Positions 1-9,867 are shown, counted from the first letter of the stretch. The stretch is DNA of 32,000 bases from Edaphobacter aggregans (GCF_003945235.1 NZ_RSDW01000001.1:150001-182000); one strand, 5' to 3'. Translations and numbers: made by a program. The notes: a model not told the origin generated them from the letters alone.

Positions 1-98
1 TGTCCGGGCACCCACTGCCCCTTCTGTTGCGCCAACGCGGACGCAATATGGCAAAGGATAATTCCAGCTAGAAGTACAACTCTGCTCGTGTAGCGCAT
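1..98 (-). CDS. 5' end of a secreted protein gene running off the left edge (partial)
   Basis: Minus-strand ATG at 98 preceded by GGAAAGGAAG. Translation MRYTSRVVLLAGIILCHIASALAQQKGQWVPG looks like a signal peptide. Only 32 codons are visible. Confidence 0.35.
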   Translation of the reverse strand, partial: MRYTSRVVLLAGIILCHIASALAQQKGQWVPG

Positions 99-215
99 GT
101 GTTCTTCCTTTCCGGTTTGTGTGGCTGGACCCTGGAGAAACACCGAGTATCCACTCAGAACTTTGGAAGATTGGCCCTAGGAGGGGTTCGGATGGATGAG
201 CGCCGTTTTCTACAC

Positions 216-271
216 GGCTAAAAATAGAGATAAAAGCGCCATCCCAACCGCCGTCTTCGGCTGGTTGGGAT
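216..271 (-). terminator. Candidate rho-independent terminator (minus strand)
   Basis: Near-perfect hairpin ATCCCAACCGCCG-TCTT-CGGC(T)GGTTGGGAT at 241-271. On the minus strand it is followed by GGCGCTTTTATCTCTATTTTT. It lies about 420 nt downstream of the arylsulfatase stop. Confidence 0.4.
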
Positions 272-440
272 GCTTGCCGGTGTTGTTCTCGTGCTCATAG
301 TACGTGTTGAATTGGACGTGCTGTCTCAGTGGGAAGAGGTCCATGCATAGAGTGCGATGGTGCTTTATTTGCTGTACTGGCTCGTGTAATAGGGTTCGGC
401 GGCCACATAGGTATTAGGTTTTACGTCTTGATTGAAAAGG

Positions 441-545
441 TGCGTTGCACCGCTAATTTGTTCCGGCAGCGCCCGGTGGATGCCCCGTTTGTCCAAAGTA
501 TTACCCGCAAGTGTCCAAGTTGGCGACTATTCGGCCAAGTGGATA
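441..545 (+). repeat. Intergenic modular repeat, copy with degenerate a, b and U modules
   Basis: GCAAGTGTCCAAGTTGGCGACTATTCGGCCAAGTGG (508-542) aligns with GCAAGTGTCCGATATGCCGACTATTCGGCCAAGTGC at 19500-19535. GGATGCCCCGTTTGTCC (478-497) resembles the b module. Confidence 0.6.
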
Positions 546-694
546 AGTTCCGGTTTGTCGACCATCCGGCAGTTACGATAGTGACAAAAGGAGATGAAGC
601 AAGGGAGCGCTGGGAGGGCTGCCCTCCTCTTTTACCGGTCAGCCACTTGCTGGCCTCTGCCAAAGCCGCATCAATTAAGTTGGATGCTATAGAG

Positions 695-3127
695 TCAGTC
701 TACGATCGCTGCCGCCTCATCCTCGGCGTCTTCTACAGCTTTCTGATCGGCCGCACTCAACCCCGATGGCTTCGTATTGATTGTGATCTTGAGGATCTTG
801 CCGGTGAACTTGTTGTCTCCCTGCTTGTAGTCGTTGGATACGGCTGTTTCACCGTCCATACCTACATCCGCGCCCTCGTCGCCGGAAAAGATGAAGGGCT
901 GGGTCTTCGGTATGTGTCCTTCCGCCACTTGCTGGCCGTCAATGTAGAGGACCGATCTGCCTCCAGCGCCCGGTTTGGGAGCATCGGGGATGAACTCATA
1001 CTTGATCTCGTGTTTACCCGCGGAGAGTGGCGCCGGCCCGACGATATTGGTCCTTTCCACCCCGAAGTAGTTGTACTCGTGATGGACTTTGCCGTCTTTC
1101 ATGTAGAGGGTCCAGCCGCCGAATGCGCCCGCTTGTGCGATGATCACCCCATTGGTGTTGGCGTCCGGCAGTTCCACCGGCGCTGTGATGGTGTAAGGGC
1201 GGTTCTTGACGTTGATGAAGGCATTTTCCGTCATCCCTACCATCCCCGGATAAACCGTCAATGAACTGCGACCCGCCATCAAGTCGGGTCTTCCAGCCAT
1301 AGCTGGGACAAAGCGCTCGAATCGCCGGTCGTCGATGGGCAACACGTGGTTCTTCTCCGCCTCCTTCATGAACAGGGCCTGCAGTTCTTTCAGCTTTGCA
1401 GGGTTCTGGGCAGCGAGGTCCCTGGCTTCGCTGAAGTCGTCGGCAACGTGATACAGCTCCCAGACGTCCTGTGAAAGCGGTGGATTGGGGGCATCCAGCC
1501 AGGGAATGGAGTGGCGTGTACAAGCCACCCAGCCGTCATGGTAGATGCCGCGATTTCCGAACATTTCGAAATACTGCGTGGTATGTGTCTCCTTCGCGTT
1601 GGCGTTGTCGAAGGTGTAGATCATTGAAGTTCCATCGAACGGCAATTGCACCGTCCCATTCACGCTCTTGGGAAACGGCAAGCCCGCCGCTTCCATCACC
1701 GTCGGCGCAATGTCGGTAACGTATGTGAACTGGGAACGGACCTCCCCCTTGGCCTTGATGTGCGCCGGCCAATGGATCACCATCCCATTCGTAGTTCCGC
1801 CGTAGTGTGACGCGATCTGCTTGGTCCACTGGAAAGGAGTATCGCCCCCCCATGCCCAGCCGATGGCGTAATGGGGGAAAGTGCTGGGGTCGCCCCAGGC
1901 GTCCAGATGAGGCATGTTGATCTTGGCATCGCTGATGATTCCATTGAGCGCCATGATCTCGTTGTAAGCGCCCTCCGGTCCCCCTTCTGCACTGGCACCA
2001 TTATCGCCGGCGATGTAAATGAACAACGTGTTGTCCATCTCGCCCATCTCCTGCAGGGCATCGACCAGACGTCCTATTTGCTCGTCGGTGTGCTCGGCGA
2101 ATCCGGCAAAGGTCTCCATCTGCCGGGCCTCCAGTTTCTTCTGTTCCGGAGTCTGGGAATCCCAGGAAGGGATCTCCTTGGGTCGCCTGGTCAGTTCCGC
2201 ATTCTGCGGGATGACCCCCATTTGTTTCTGGCGTGCAAATGTCTTCTCGCGCAGCACGTCCCATCCCTCATCAAACTCGCCTTTATAGCGCTCAATGTAT
2301 GACTTGGGTACGTGATGAGGAGCGTGCAGCGCACCCGTGGCGAAGTAAACAAAGAAGGGCTTGTCGGGTGTCAGGGAGTGCTGTGCCTGCATCCAGGCCA
2401 CGGCCTGGTTTGTCATGTCTACCGTGAAGTGATAATCGGGGTCAGGCGGGTGCTCCACTCGGACAGTTCCGTCAAAAATGGCAGGCGCCCACTGGTTGGT
2501 CTCGCCCCCGATGAAACCGTAGAACTTGTCAAAACCGGAATGTGTGGGCCAGCGATCGAACGGTCCGGAGACCGAAACCTCCCACGCCGGGGTCTCGTGG
2601 TACTTGCCGAAGGCGGCGGTGCTGTATCCGTTCAGACGCAGCATCTCGGCTAACGGTGCGACGCTCTGCGGACGAATGCCGGTGTTGCCGGGAAATGCAG
2701 TCGCCAACTCCATAATGGCTCCCGTATTCGTGACGTGGTGATTACGGCCGGTGAGCAGCGCCATCCGCGTGGGTGAACAGAGTGCCGTGGTATGAAAGCC
2801 GTTGTAACGGAGGCCCCCGGCAGCCAGCTTGTCGAACGTTGGCATTCTGGCTGGTCCACCAAAGGCGCTGGGCTGACCAAAGCCAATGTCGTCCAGCAAA
2901 ACGATTACGACGTTGGGTGCGTCCTTCGGAGCTTTGACCTCAAAGCGCGGCGGTGCCTTGGCGTTACGGGCATCCAATTCCGTGATAGCTGGGGGCTGAG
3001 GTTCGGGGATTGGCAACACGGTCCTATCAACTTGCTGCGCCGCCATCGACAGCGGCAGCAGGCCCAAAATAGCGACTAGCAAAGATATTAACGACAAGCC
3101 TTTTTTGAGCATCGCTGCACTCCCCAT
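695..3127 (-). CDS. Arylsulfatase (formylglycine-dependent sulfatase family), secreted
   Basis: 810-aa ORF with an N-terminal signal peptide (LISLLVAILGLLPLSMAAQQ). It has the sulfatase signature C-x-P-x-R in TTALCSPTRMALLTGRNHH and conserved LLDDIGFG and GKYH blocks. Confidence 0.9.
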   Translation of the reverse strand: MGSAAMLKKGLSLISLLVAILGLLPLSMAAQQVDRTVLPIPEPQPPAITELDARNAKAPPRFEVKAPKDAPNVVIVLLDDIGFGQPSAFGGPARMPTFDKLAAGGLRYNGFHTTALCSPTRMALLTGRNHHVTNTGAIMELATAFPGNTGIRPQSVAPLAEMLRLNGYSTAAFGKYHETPAWEVSVSGPFDRWPTHSGFDKFYGFIGGETNQWAPAIFDGTVRVEHPPDPDYHFTVDMTNQAVAWMQAQHSLTPDKPFFVYFATGALHAPHHVPKSYIERYKGEFDEGWDVLREKTFARQKQMGVIPQNAELTRRPKEIPSWDSQTPEQKKLEARQMETFAGFAEHTDEQIGRLVDALQEMGEMDNTLFIYIAGDNGASAEGGPEGAYNEIMALNGIISDAKINMPHLDAWGDPSTFPHYAIGWAWGGDTPFQWTKQIASHYGGTTNGMVIHWPAHIKAKGEVRSQFTYVTDIAPTVMEAAGLPFPKSVNGTVQLPFDGTSMIYTFDNANAKETHTTQYFEMFGNRGIYHDGWVACTRHSIPWLDAPNPPLSQDVWELYHVADDFSEARDLAAQNPAKLKELQALFMKEAEKNHVLPIDDRRFERFVPAMAGRPDLMAGRSSLTVYPGMVGMTENAFINVKNRPYTITAPVELPDANTNGVIIAQAGAFGGWTLYMKDGKVHHEYNYFGVERTNIVGPAPLSAGKHEIKYEFIPDAPKPGAGGRSVLYIDGQQVAEGHIPKTQPFIFSGDEGADVGMDGETAVSNDYKQGDNKFTGKILKITINTKPSGLSAADQKAVEDAEDEAAAIVD

Positions 3128-3251
3128 TATTTAGTTTTACTTTGCAGGGTCCCCAATTCTTGGGGCCAGTATAGGCTCCGTCTCGGAGGGATAACTAACG
3201 ATCTGCCAGCCCGCATGGAAATCAGGGGATCTTGACGGGATTGCTCCCGAG

Positions 3252-3447
3252 TGACGGCATATCGGAAGTTATTCACTTGGCCGAAAAACCGGCTTAGCAC
3301 TCATTGAGCTATTCAACTCGATCAGTGTTCTCAGCAGGTGGATGAAAAACCGACTATCCGGAAAGGTGAACCGAACTGCCTGAGAAGTCGCATTATCGGA
3401 AAGTTCAAGCATGGAAAACGAAGTTTCCGACAATCCCGTTTTCCGTG
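3252..3447 (+). repeat. Composite intergenic repeat (modules U-b-a-b-U-b)
   Basis: a module GCACTCATTGAGCTATTCA at 3297-3315. U module GAACTGCCTGAGAAGTCGCATTATCGGAAAGTTC at 3373-3406. b module GAAGTTTCCGACAATCCCGTTTTCCG at 3420-3445. All three recur at other loci in this window. Confidence 0.7.
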
Positions 3448-3519
3448 AAGCTCTTTACTTTTGGAAGACCAGGATCTGATAACGTTGTCGGTGCTTCTTC
3501 CCTAAGGTAAGCTCTGGCT

Positions 3520-3960
3520 ATGAGATTTCGACAGAGGTTTGCGTGGAGTCAGTTCATGTGGGCGGTTCTCTGCCTATGTCTAAGCTACGCCTGGATGAAC
3601 AAGCCCTCCACGAGCCCAGGATTCCACTCTGCTTGGATGACGCTAGGAGCGATATGGCTCCTTCGGGCCTTGTTCTGCGTGCTGAGCTATTACTTTGTTT
3701 GGTGGGAAATCGGTGAAAGCGGACTCACAGAACGCCGCCTACTCTCCACAAGAGCCATTCCATGGACGGAACTGAACCGGGTCGGCCCTTGGGTTAGGGG
3801 CAAGAGACGTAACATGCGAATCGTAGAAGTTGAGTACTATCGCTCCGCTCCGATGTCCAGCTCCGGACACCTCCTCCTGCAACCAAACAAAAGCGACCAC
3901 AAAGACCTCTTCGACCAGCTTTGCCATTACGCACCTCAGGCCACGTTCGAACGACCCTAG
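3520..3960 (+). CDS. Hypothetical membrane protein (two predicted N-terminal TM helices, possible bacterial PH-like domain)
   Basis: 146-aa ORF with hydrophobic stretches WAVLCLCLSYAW and LGAIWLLRALFCVLSYYFVWW. No recognisable catalytic motif. The domain call is from memory only. Confidence 0.5.
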   Translation: MRFRQRFAWSQFMWAVLCLCLSYAWMNKPSTSPGFHSAWMTLGAIWLLRALFCVLSYYFVWWEIGESGLTERRLLSTRAIPWTELNRVGPWVRGKRRNMRIVEVEYYRSAPMSSSGHLLLQPNKSDHKDLFDQLCHYAPQATFERP

Positions 3961-3993
3961 GTGCAGCGTGGTGCCTATAGGGAGATAGTTTCC

Positions 3994-4046
3994 CGAAAGT
4001 CGGCTTGCGGCAACTTGGACCCGAAGTTGCCGAAAACCCCGTTTTT
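3994..4046 (+). repeat. U-b inverted pair (REP/REPIN-like hairpin)
   Basis: CGGCAACTT (4008-4016) and AAGTTGCCG (4024-4032) are perfect reverse complements. They are followed by the b tail GAAAACCCCGTTTTT. Confidence 0.7.
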
Positions 4047-4305
4047 CATGTACTGCGATCCAACAGATGGGATGGTCGCAGAAAGTTGGCATTCCCCAGA
4101 ACGCAAGAATGCTATTAAGGCGCTATATTCCTTTCGCCGACCAAGCTGCCATGAGCGACTCGGACCAGAGTTCTACCTTGTCGGAGATTCTGTCCCCCAA
4201 CCATTGTCCACTAAGACTAATTTTGAAGTTTTGTGCCGGATGTACTTGCCAGCGACAAACCTCCGTCAACTCTGCAAACTTTGCGTTTTCGCTAACAGCA
4301 ATCTT

Positions 4306-5130
4306 CTACTTCTGTCCGCACGTCACCTGACGATACTCGATGGTCTCAACCTTATAGCCCTGGGGCGCCTCGAAGAGCTCCGGATCGGGATCCCCCCGCT
4401 GCAGATCGGATAGTTCCACACGCTTCAATCCGTACCTGGGACCACTCGTCACCTTAAGCAGATCTAGATCGAATTCTTTCGATTTCCAGAGTTCGGTAGT
4501 AGTTTCCGGTATGCCATACGGCCCAACACTTTCGAGTGGCGTAATGGTCCATCGCATGCCATATGCAGTTAAGCCGTGAATTTCCTTCTGGCCAAGATTC
4601 TCCGAAACATAGCGCGTCTTGGTCCGCTTATTCCCTGACAGATCGGCCATCGACCCAATCGTCTCCAACTTTCCTTGCCCAGGCGACGCGGGAACCTTGT
4701 CCCAGTCATCATCATTCGGAAACCTGGATTGATGCTGCCCATGCTCGTCTGCCCAGCAGCCTTTGCGCCCTGACCAATACGGCCAATGCGCCAGGACCGC
4801 TGTCTGACTTATCGAGTCCCAAGTTAGCGTCTGCCGTTTGGCCGGGTCCTGCACAAAAAACGAAAACCGTTGCGTCCTCTGGCCGCCATTCTGAGATATG
4901 TGCTCAGTTCTCTCAGAGATTCTTCCCTGCCGATCGCGGGCAATCACCTCCGCGGAAACGGCATCCCACGAGGAGCCACCAGTCAGAACTCTATTTTCCG
5001 TCACGGTCAGATGTGCCGTGTAAGGCGCAACTGCTGCTGAACTTCCACCATAGATCTTGCTCCGCCAGAAAAGCAAAACAGCAGCAACACAAACGATCGA
5101 CAATGCCAGAACTAAATATCGATGACGCAT
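4306..5130 (-). CDS. Hypothetical secreted/anchored protein
   Basis: 274-aa ORF with an N-terminal hydrophobic segment LVLALSIVCVAAVLLFW. No family recognised. Confidence 0.6.
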   Translation of the reverse strand: MRHRYLVLALSIVCVAAVLLFWRSKIYGGSSAAVAPYTAHLTVTENRVLTGGSSWDAVSAEVIARDRQGRISERTEHISQNGGQRTQRFSFFVQDPAKRQTLTWDSISQTAVLAHWPYWSGRKGCWADEHGQHQSRFPNDDDWDKVPASPGQGKLETIGSMADLSGNKRTKTRYVSENLGQKEIHGLTAYGMRWTITPLESVGPYGIPETTTELWKSKEFDLDLLKVTSGPRYGLKRVELSDLQRGDPDPELFEAPQGYKVETIEYRQVTCGQK

Positions 5131-5271
5131 ATCCGTCCCTATTCCTTACAGCTAAGCGCAGCAGTCGCTAGACGCCTGCTCCTAGTGAGGTGGTGGTCAG
5201 TCATTGCTCCCTGCCTCTTCTATGTCAGACATCATAATCCGTGCGGGAGCGGCGGTGATCTTAAGTGATCC

Positions 5272-5340
5272 ACTATGCCTGGGAAGTCACGTTTTCGGCA
5301 AGTTCCCCGCCCGACGATTCTCAAAACCCCGTTTTCAGGA
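5272..5340 (+). repeat. U-b repeat, partly decayed; contains an uninterrupted b/TCAG site
   Basis: ACTATGCCTGGGAAGTCACGTTTTCGGCAAGTTCC followed by CTCAAAACCCCGTTTTCAGGA. The CCCCGTTTTCAGGA tail resembles the reconstructed target of the IS at 6537. Confidence 0.6.
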
Positions 5341-5449
5341 CAGTTCTACGGCGATTTGTCGACAAGTGAAAGAGCTAAGGTCCTGATGTCGGCTAGGTAC
5401 TCGGCGAACCAAAGGAAGAGATACCTCTGACTCGCCGAGCAATTTGCGT

Positions 5450-6274
5450 TTACGACTTTATGAATTCGAGAAGATCAGCATTGATCTGATCTGCATGCGT
5501 CGTCGGCATCCCGTGCGGCAGGCCTTGGTAAACCTTCAGCGTGCCGTTCTTCAGGAGCTTGGCGGCCAGCGGGCCTGCATCGGCGAACGGCACGATCTGG
5601 TCGTCCTCGCTATGCATCACCAGCACCGGAACGGTGATCCTCTTGAGGTCTTCCGTGAGGTCGGTCTCCGACAGGGCCTTGATGCAGTCATATTGGGCCT
5701 TGGTTCCACCCATCATTCCCTGACGCCACCAGTTATCGATCACCCCTTGCGAAACCTTCGCGCCGGGACGGTTGAAACCGTAGAAGGGACCCTCGGGCAC
5801 ATCACGGTAAAACTGGGCCCGGTTGGCCATGCCGGCGCGAAAGCCGTCGAAGAACTCGATCGGCAGGCCGCCCGGATTCGTCGCCGACTTGATCATCACA
5901 GGAGTGATGGCGCTGATCAAGACTGCCTTGGCGACGCGGCCGCCGCCTCCATACTGGGCAACATAACGGGCCACTTCACCGCCGCCGGTCGAGTGGCCGA
6001 CGTGAATGGCGTCTTTCAGGTCGAGGTGCTCCACCAGGGCGGCGCTATCAGTCGCATAGGTGTCCATGTCGTTGCCGAGATCGGTCTGGCTCGACCGGCC
6101 ATGCCCGCGGCGGTCATGCGCGATGACTCGGTATCCGCGCAGCAGGAAGAACAGCATCTGGCTGTCCCAATCGTCCGCGCTGAGCGGCCAGCCGTGGTGG
6201 AACATAATCGGCTGACCTTTTCCCCAATCCTTGTAGTAGATCTCTGTACCGTCCTTCACTGTAATGCTGCTCAT
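5450..6274 (-). CDS. Alpha/beta hydrolase, non-heme chloroperoxidase / arylesterase type
   Basis: 274-aa ORF. The N-terminus [39 protein letters not shown] and the nucleophile elbow GHSTGGGE are typical of cofactor-free haloperoxidases. Confidence 0.9.
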   Translation of the reverse strand: MSSITVKDGTEIYYKDWGKGQPIMFHHGWPLSADDWDSQMLFFLLRGYRVIAHDRRGHGRSSQTDLGNDMDTYATDSAALVEHLDLKDAIHVGHSTGGGEVARYVAQYGGGGRVAKAVLISAITPVMIKSATNPGGLPIEFFDGFRAGMANRAQFYRDVPEGPFYGFNRPGAKVSQGVIDNWWRQGMMGGTKAQYDCIKALSETDLTEDLKRITVPVLVMHSEDDQIVPFADAGPLAAKLLKNGTLKVYQGLPHGMPTTHADQINADLLEFIKS

Positions 6275-6470
6275 GAATCGTTCTCCTGTTGCGGTTGTGT
6301 GCTCTTGTTAGTTGAGCCGGATACATGACTCGTTACCGTGGCTACGGTGAACGCCGGGTAAGTTGACGATAACAGGGGCTGATGAAACCTGGGTTAGGAT
6401 CCGATCTTCGGTTCAGTCCTCGGAAACGCGATCCCCTTTACCGATCTAGCCTAACGTCTCAGCATTGATC

Positions 6471-6536
6471 CGCAGTTCTCGCAAAGTCGGCTTTTGGGAA
6501 ACTTCGGTCGTAGTTGCCGAAAACCCCGTTAATGAG
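6471..6536 (+). repeat. U-b repeat forming the left flank of the degraded IS110 element
   Basis: GCAAAGTCGGCTTTTGGGAAACTTCGG followed by CGTAGTTGCCGAAAACCCCGTTAATGAG. The b module is cut off at the IS boundary. Confidence 0.6.
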
Positions 6537-7849
6537 ATGGTCCGCCGCTTGATCTCCACAGTGAAGTGAGTGATCTTTTGGCAGGTTCAAGGCGGATCAT
6601 CGACATGCAGATACGTTCGGTTGGCATCGATCTCGGCAAGACGACTTTTCACGTCGTAGCCCTGAACGCAGCAGGCAAGGTGCTGTTGCGGAAGAAGTTC
6701 ACCCAGAAGCAGCTCATCACTTTTACCGTCAACATGCAGACTTCCTTGATCGGGATGGAGGCGTGTTCAGGGGCGCACTTCCTCGGACGTGTGCTGCGCG
6801 AACAAGGCCATGACGTGAAGCTGATTCCAGCCCAGTTCGTGAAGCCGTTCGTGAAGTCGAACAAGAACGACTTCCTCGATGCCGAAGCCAACGCCGAGGC
6901 GGTAGACCGGCAGAACATGCGTTTCGTTCCGATCAAGACGGACGACCAGCTTGATCTCCAAGCGATGCATCGTGTGCGCGACCGGCTTGTCGCCCATCGA
7001 ACGTCCGTAATCAACCAGCTGCGAGCCTTCCTGCTCGAGCATGGCATGGTCTTCGCCAAGACTCCCTTCAAGCTGAAGCAGGCGATGCCTGAGATCCTCG
7101 AGAACGCAGATGCGAATCTCACACCACGCATGCGTAACCTCGTCAGCCTGCTATGGAGCGAGTGGAAAGACCTGGAGCAACAGATCGTCGCGATGAACGA
7201 AGAGGTTGAACAGATCGCCTCTTCCGATCCAGCCTGCCAACGACTCCGGCAGATCCCCGGCATAGGCCCCTTGGTTGCGACCGCGATCGTCGCCGCAATC
7301 GGCAACGGAGCGGCCTTCCATAAGGGCCGGGAGTTCTCTCCTGGCTGGGACTTGTCCCAAAACAGCACTCGACCGGCGGCAAGGCAAGGCTGTCCATGGC
7401 GCTCGATCTGCCGTCCTCCGCGTCAAGCGAGAACGATCGCCGTTCGGTCCCTGGCTCAACGCTCTTGAGCGTCGGTCTCCGGTCAAGGTAGTGATCACAG
7501 CCGCAGCCAACAAGCTTGCCCGTATCGCGTGGGCCGTTCTCTCGAGCGGACAGGACTATCGAGCGGTTCCGGACGCAATAACTGCCTAAGCAAGATTAAC
7601 CACCACCGGCATCAAGTTCTCCAACCAAGGTCTGCACCGGATAACTAAGACGAACGAACAGTTCCCCAACGGCGCGCTCGCAACCTGAAATGGTCTTCCA
7701 TGACCGTCCCGTTTATCAGGAAGAGCACGCAGTGCAACTCATCATGGCCAAGAGAGACTCCTCTCCACCTGTAGGCCGAATACATTTGCGCAGACCTGTC
7801 GATCGACCCTTCGCTTTTCCCTTGCAGTCGTGCGGCGGACCATACATTT
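6537..7849 (+). mobile_element. Degraded IS110-family insertion sequence (IS-A)
   Basis: Perfect 12-bp inverted repeats ATGGTCCGCCGC (6537-6548) and GCGGCGGACCAT (7832-7843). TGAG lies on the left flank (6533-6536) and TCAG on the right (7850-7853). The element encloses a broken DEDD transposase and about 255 bp of 3' non-coding sequence. Confidence 0.75.
6605..7589 (+). pseudogene. IS110-family (DEDD) transposase, disrupted by frameshifts and an internal deletion
   Basis: The N-terminus MQIRSVGIDLGKTTFHVVALN... is intact. After GREF the conserved WLGLVPKQHSTGGKARL appears only in a second frame (about 7342). HGARSAVL...WLNALERR...AAANKLARIAWAVL appears only in a third frame. The block normally between GGKxRL and HGAR is missing. 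Confidence 0.85.
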
Positions 7850-7876
7850 TCAGGGAACAAGGCTGATTACTGATTA

Positions 7877-7945
7877 GAAGCCGACTTCTCGGTACTTATC
7901 TTCCTCGCCGAGTGCATTGGCGATTGGGCGCTCATAGACATACAC
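7877..7945 (+). repeat. U-d repeat module
   Basis: GAAGCCGACTTCTCGGTACTT...GAGTGCATTGGCGATTGGGCGCTCATAGACATAC aligns with 19511-19590 (GATATGCCGACTATTCGGCC...GAGCGCATTGGCGATTATGTACTCATCGAGATCG). Confidence 0.55.
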
Positions 7946-8089
7946 GTCGCGAAGTTCGGCGGACCGAGCACCGTTTATCACGAACCCTTTCTTGATCGTC
8001 ATTGATTGATCAACTGAAGGTGGACGCGCCCCGTCTCGCGTGAGAGTTCATACTTCTCGGCTCGCTCTGCTATTGATCCCCTGGTCGCA

Positions 8090-9709
8090 TCATTTCGATG
8101 CCTGCTCTTGCCGTTGTTGCGCCTCGGAGAGCCACTGCGCCATCTTCTCGTCCTTCGCTGCGTGATATGCCCAACCCTCGGCCGTCCCGCCCCAGCGATA
8201 GTCGACGATCGTCATGTCGATGCCTCGGTCGATGAGGAATTGCATGGCTTCGTAATTCTTGTGCCACACCAACTCGTGCAGGATGCTGGCTGGCTCGTGC
8301 GAGCTCCAGCGCGTATTGATGTCGGCACCGTGCTGGACAAGGAAGTCGGCGACCTCGAAGTGGTTGTTGAGGACTGCCCACGCGAGCGCGGTGTCGAGAA
8401 CCCGTTGCACGCTTTGCGTGCTCCATTGGCGTGCATATTCCTCGACTCGGAACTTCGGCATGTACGGACTGCAAGGATAGTGATTGCCGACGTCGCCCAG
8501 CGCCGGCGCTCCAGACGCGTCGAACCATCGCCTGACGCGCGGGAGGTTGCCCATGCCTGCCGCATGCGGCAGATCGTCGGGCAGGGTCCAGATGCGGGTG
8601 AGCAACGGAATGAGGTGTGTCCTCACGCAAGTGAACGCGAACTCGATGGCCTGGGACGGAGGAGGCGGTTGATGCCGCAGGATCGCAGGATCAAGGTCAA
8701 AAAACGCATCGATCAACCCAGCGCGGTCGTTCAGCACGCCCAGCTCCATCAGTCGGGCCTGGAACGTCCGGCTTCCGTCTGACAGCAGCCACGGTTCGCG
8801 CCGCAACCCATCGATAAAGGATGTCAGGTCGCCGTCGCGCATCGCGAGGTCGACCTTCCGCTTAACATAAGCCTGCCAGGGTCTCGTGGGATCGGGGTCA
8901 TAGAGAAGATCGGCCCCGTTCGCAATGAAGTATTCGATAAAACCGGAACGTCCAGGACCGTCATCGATCCGCCTTCCCATCTCGGCGTCGAGCGTGATGG
9001 CCCGGTCCAGCAGAAGGGCCGCTGCGGCTTCGTTCCGGGGATGACACGCATACACGAACGCTTCGTTCACAGTGGCGAGGACGTCAGCATTCGTATCGAG
9101 AAGCGCACGAATCCCACCGACGTCGCCGAGGGCGCCAAGGAACTTCAGTGTTTGAGGGAAAAGGCCTCGGCGGCGAAACAGATCGATCAGCTTCGCGGCC
9201 CCTGACACAATGATGCCATCGCATACCTGCGGCGTGACGACGGCCCCGGCATCGAGCAGGATCTCGGCACATGCCAGCCGCGTAAAGTGCTCCTCGGTGA
9301 TCGGGTTGCTGGCGTCGCCGTAAGAACTGGTAGCCATCCCGAGCAGCCCGCCATCGTTTTCATCGTCCTTCCAGGACAATAGCGCTGGATATTCCGCCAG
9401 CAACCGTCGCAGGCCTTCTATGTCATTGTTATGAATGACGCGTCGGGCTTCGGACACGGCCCACTCAAGTCCTCTGCCGAAACGTTGTTCTACTTCTTTA
9501 ACCAGGTCCTTCCAGCCTGGAAACCCATATTCGCGCGCCAGGACCAATTGGGCATCACGCTGTGACAGAGGCAGCCCCGCCTTTGGCAACTGTGCACGCA
9601 CTCGGGCGATGGCGTCTGTATTGCCGGCAACAACGTCGCGCGCCAGTTTCTTTGCTTGCTTGCGAAGGGATTCGAGGGAAGGACGAGCAGGAAGTTTCGA
9701 TTTACTCAC
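8090..9709 (-). CDS. Ankyrin-repeat-containing protein
   Basis: 539-aa ORF. The C-terminal region has ankyrin-like repeats (ALAWAVLNNHFEVADFLVQHGADIN..., LHELVWHKNYEAMQFLIDRGIDM). The N-terminal PSLESLRKQAKKLARDV motif is common in this protein class. Assignment is from motif recognition only. Confidence 0.65.
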   Translation of the reverse strand: MSKSKLPARPSLESLRKQAKKLARDVVAGNTDAIARVRAQLPKAGLPLSQRDAQLVLAREYGFPGWKDLVKEVEQRFGRGLEWAVSEARRVIHNNDIEGLRRLLAEYPALLSWKDDENDGGLLGMATSSYGDASNPITEEHFTRLACAEILLDAGAVVTPQVCDGIIVSGAAKLIDLFRRRGLFPQTLKFLGALGDVGGIRALLDTNADVLATVNEAFVYACHPRNEAAAALLLDRAITLDAEMGRRIDDGPGRSGFIEYFIANGADLLYDPDPTRPWQAYVKRKVDLAMRDGDLTSFIDGLRREPWLLSDGSRTFQARLMELGVLNDRAGLIDAFFDLDPAILRHQPPPPSQAIEFAFTCVRTHLIPLLTRIWTLPDDLPHAAGMGNLPRVRRWFDASGAPALGDVGNHYPCSPYMPKFRVEEYARQWSTQSVQRVLDTALAWAVLNNHFEVADFLVQHGADINTRWSSHEPASILHELVWHKNYEAMQFLIDRGIDMTIVDYRWGGTAEGWAYHAAKDEKMAQWLSEAQQRQEQASK

Positions 9710-9867
9710 AGTAATCTCCTTTCATGAGCGCCTGTGACCCGCTGATACAGGCTGAAAGAAGATTCAAAGCATGTTGTCTGAATCGAAGCAGGTGGGATTG
9801 TTCCCTTGCCGCGGGTCGGGGGTGCCCTGTCGCACGCTGTGGTTAGTATCGGCTATTTGCAAACCTG

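Noticed and set aside
613-634. GGAGGG-CTG-CCCTCC hairpin followed by TCTTTT on the + strand
   Set aside because: It looks terminator-like, but no credible + strand gene lies upstream. The stem is short (6 bp) and the T-run is weak.
329-1264. 311-aa ORF on the + strand
   Set aside because: It lies antisense to the well-supported arylsulfatase gene, and its 5' part runs through repeat sequence. No recognisable motifs. Typical shadow ORF of a GC-rich gene. The same reasoning applies to 5444-6328, 15651-16217, 26172-26786, 8108-8782 and other long antisense ORFs in the track.
3252-3447. CRISPR array
   Set aside because: Repeat units alternate in orientation, differ in sequence, have irregular short spacings and are scattered between genes. 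No cas genes are present.
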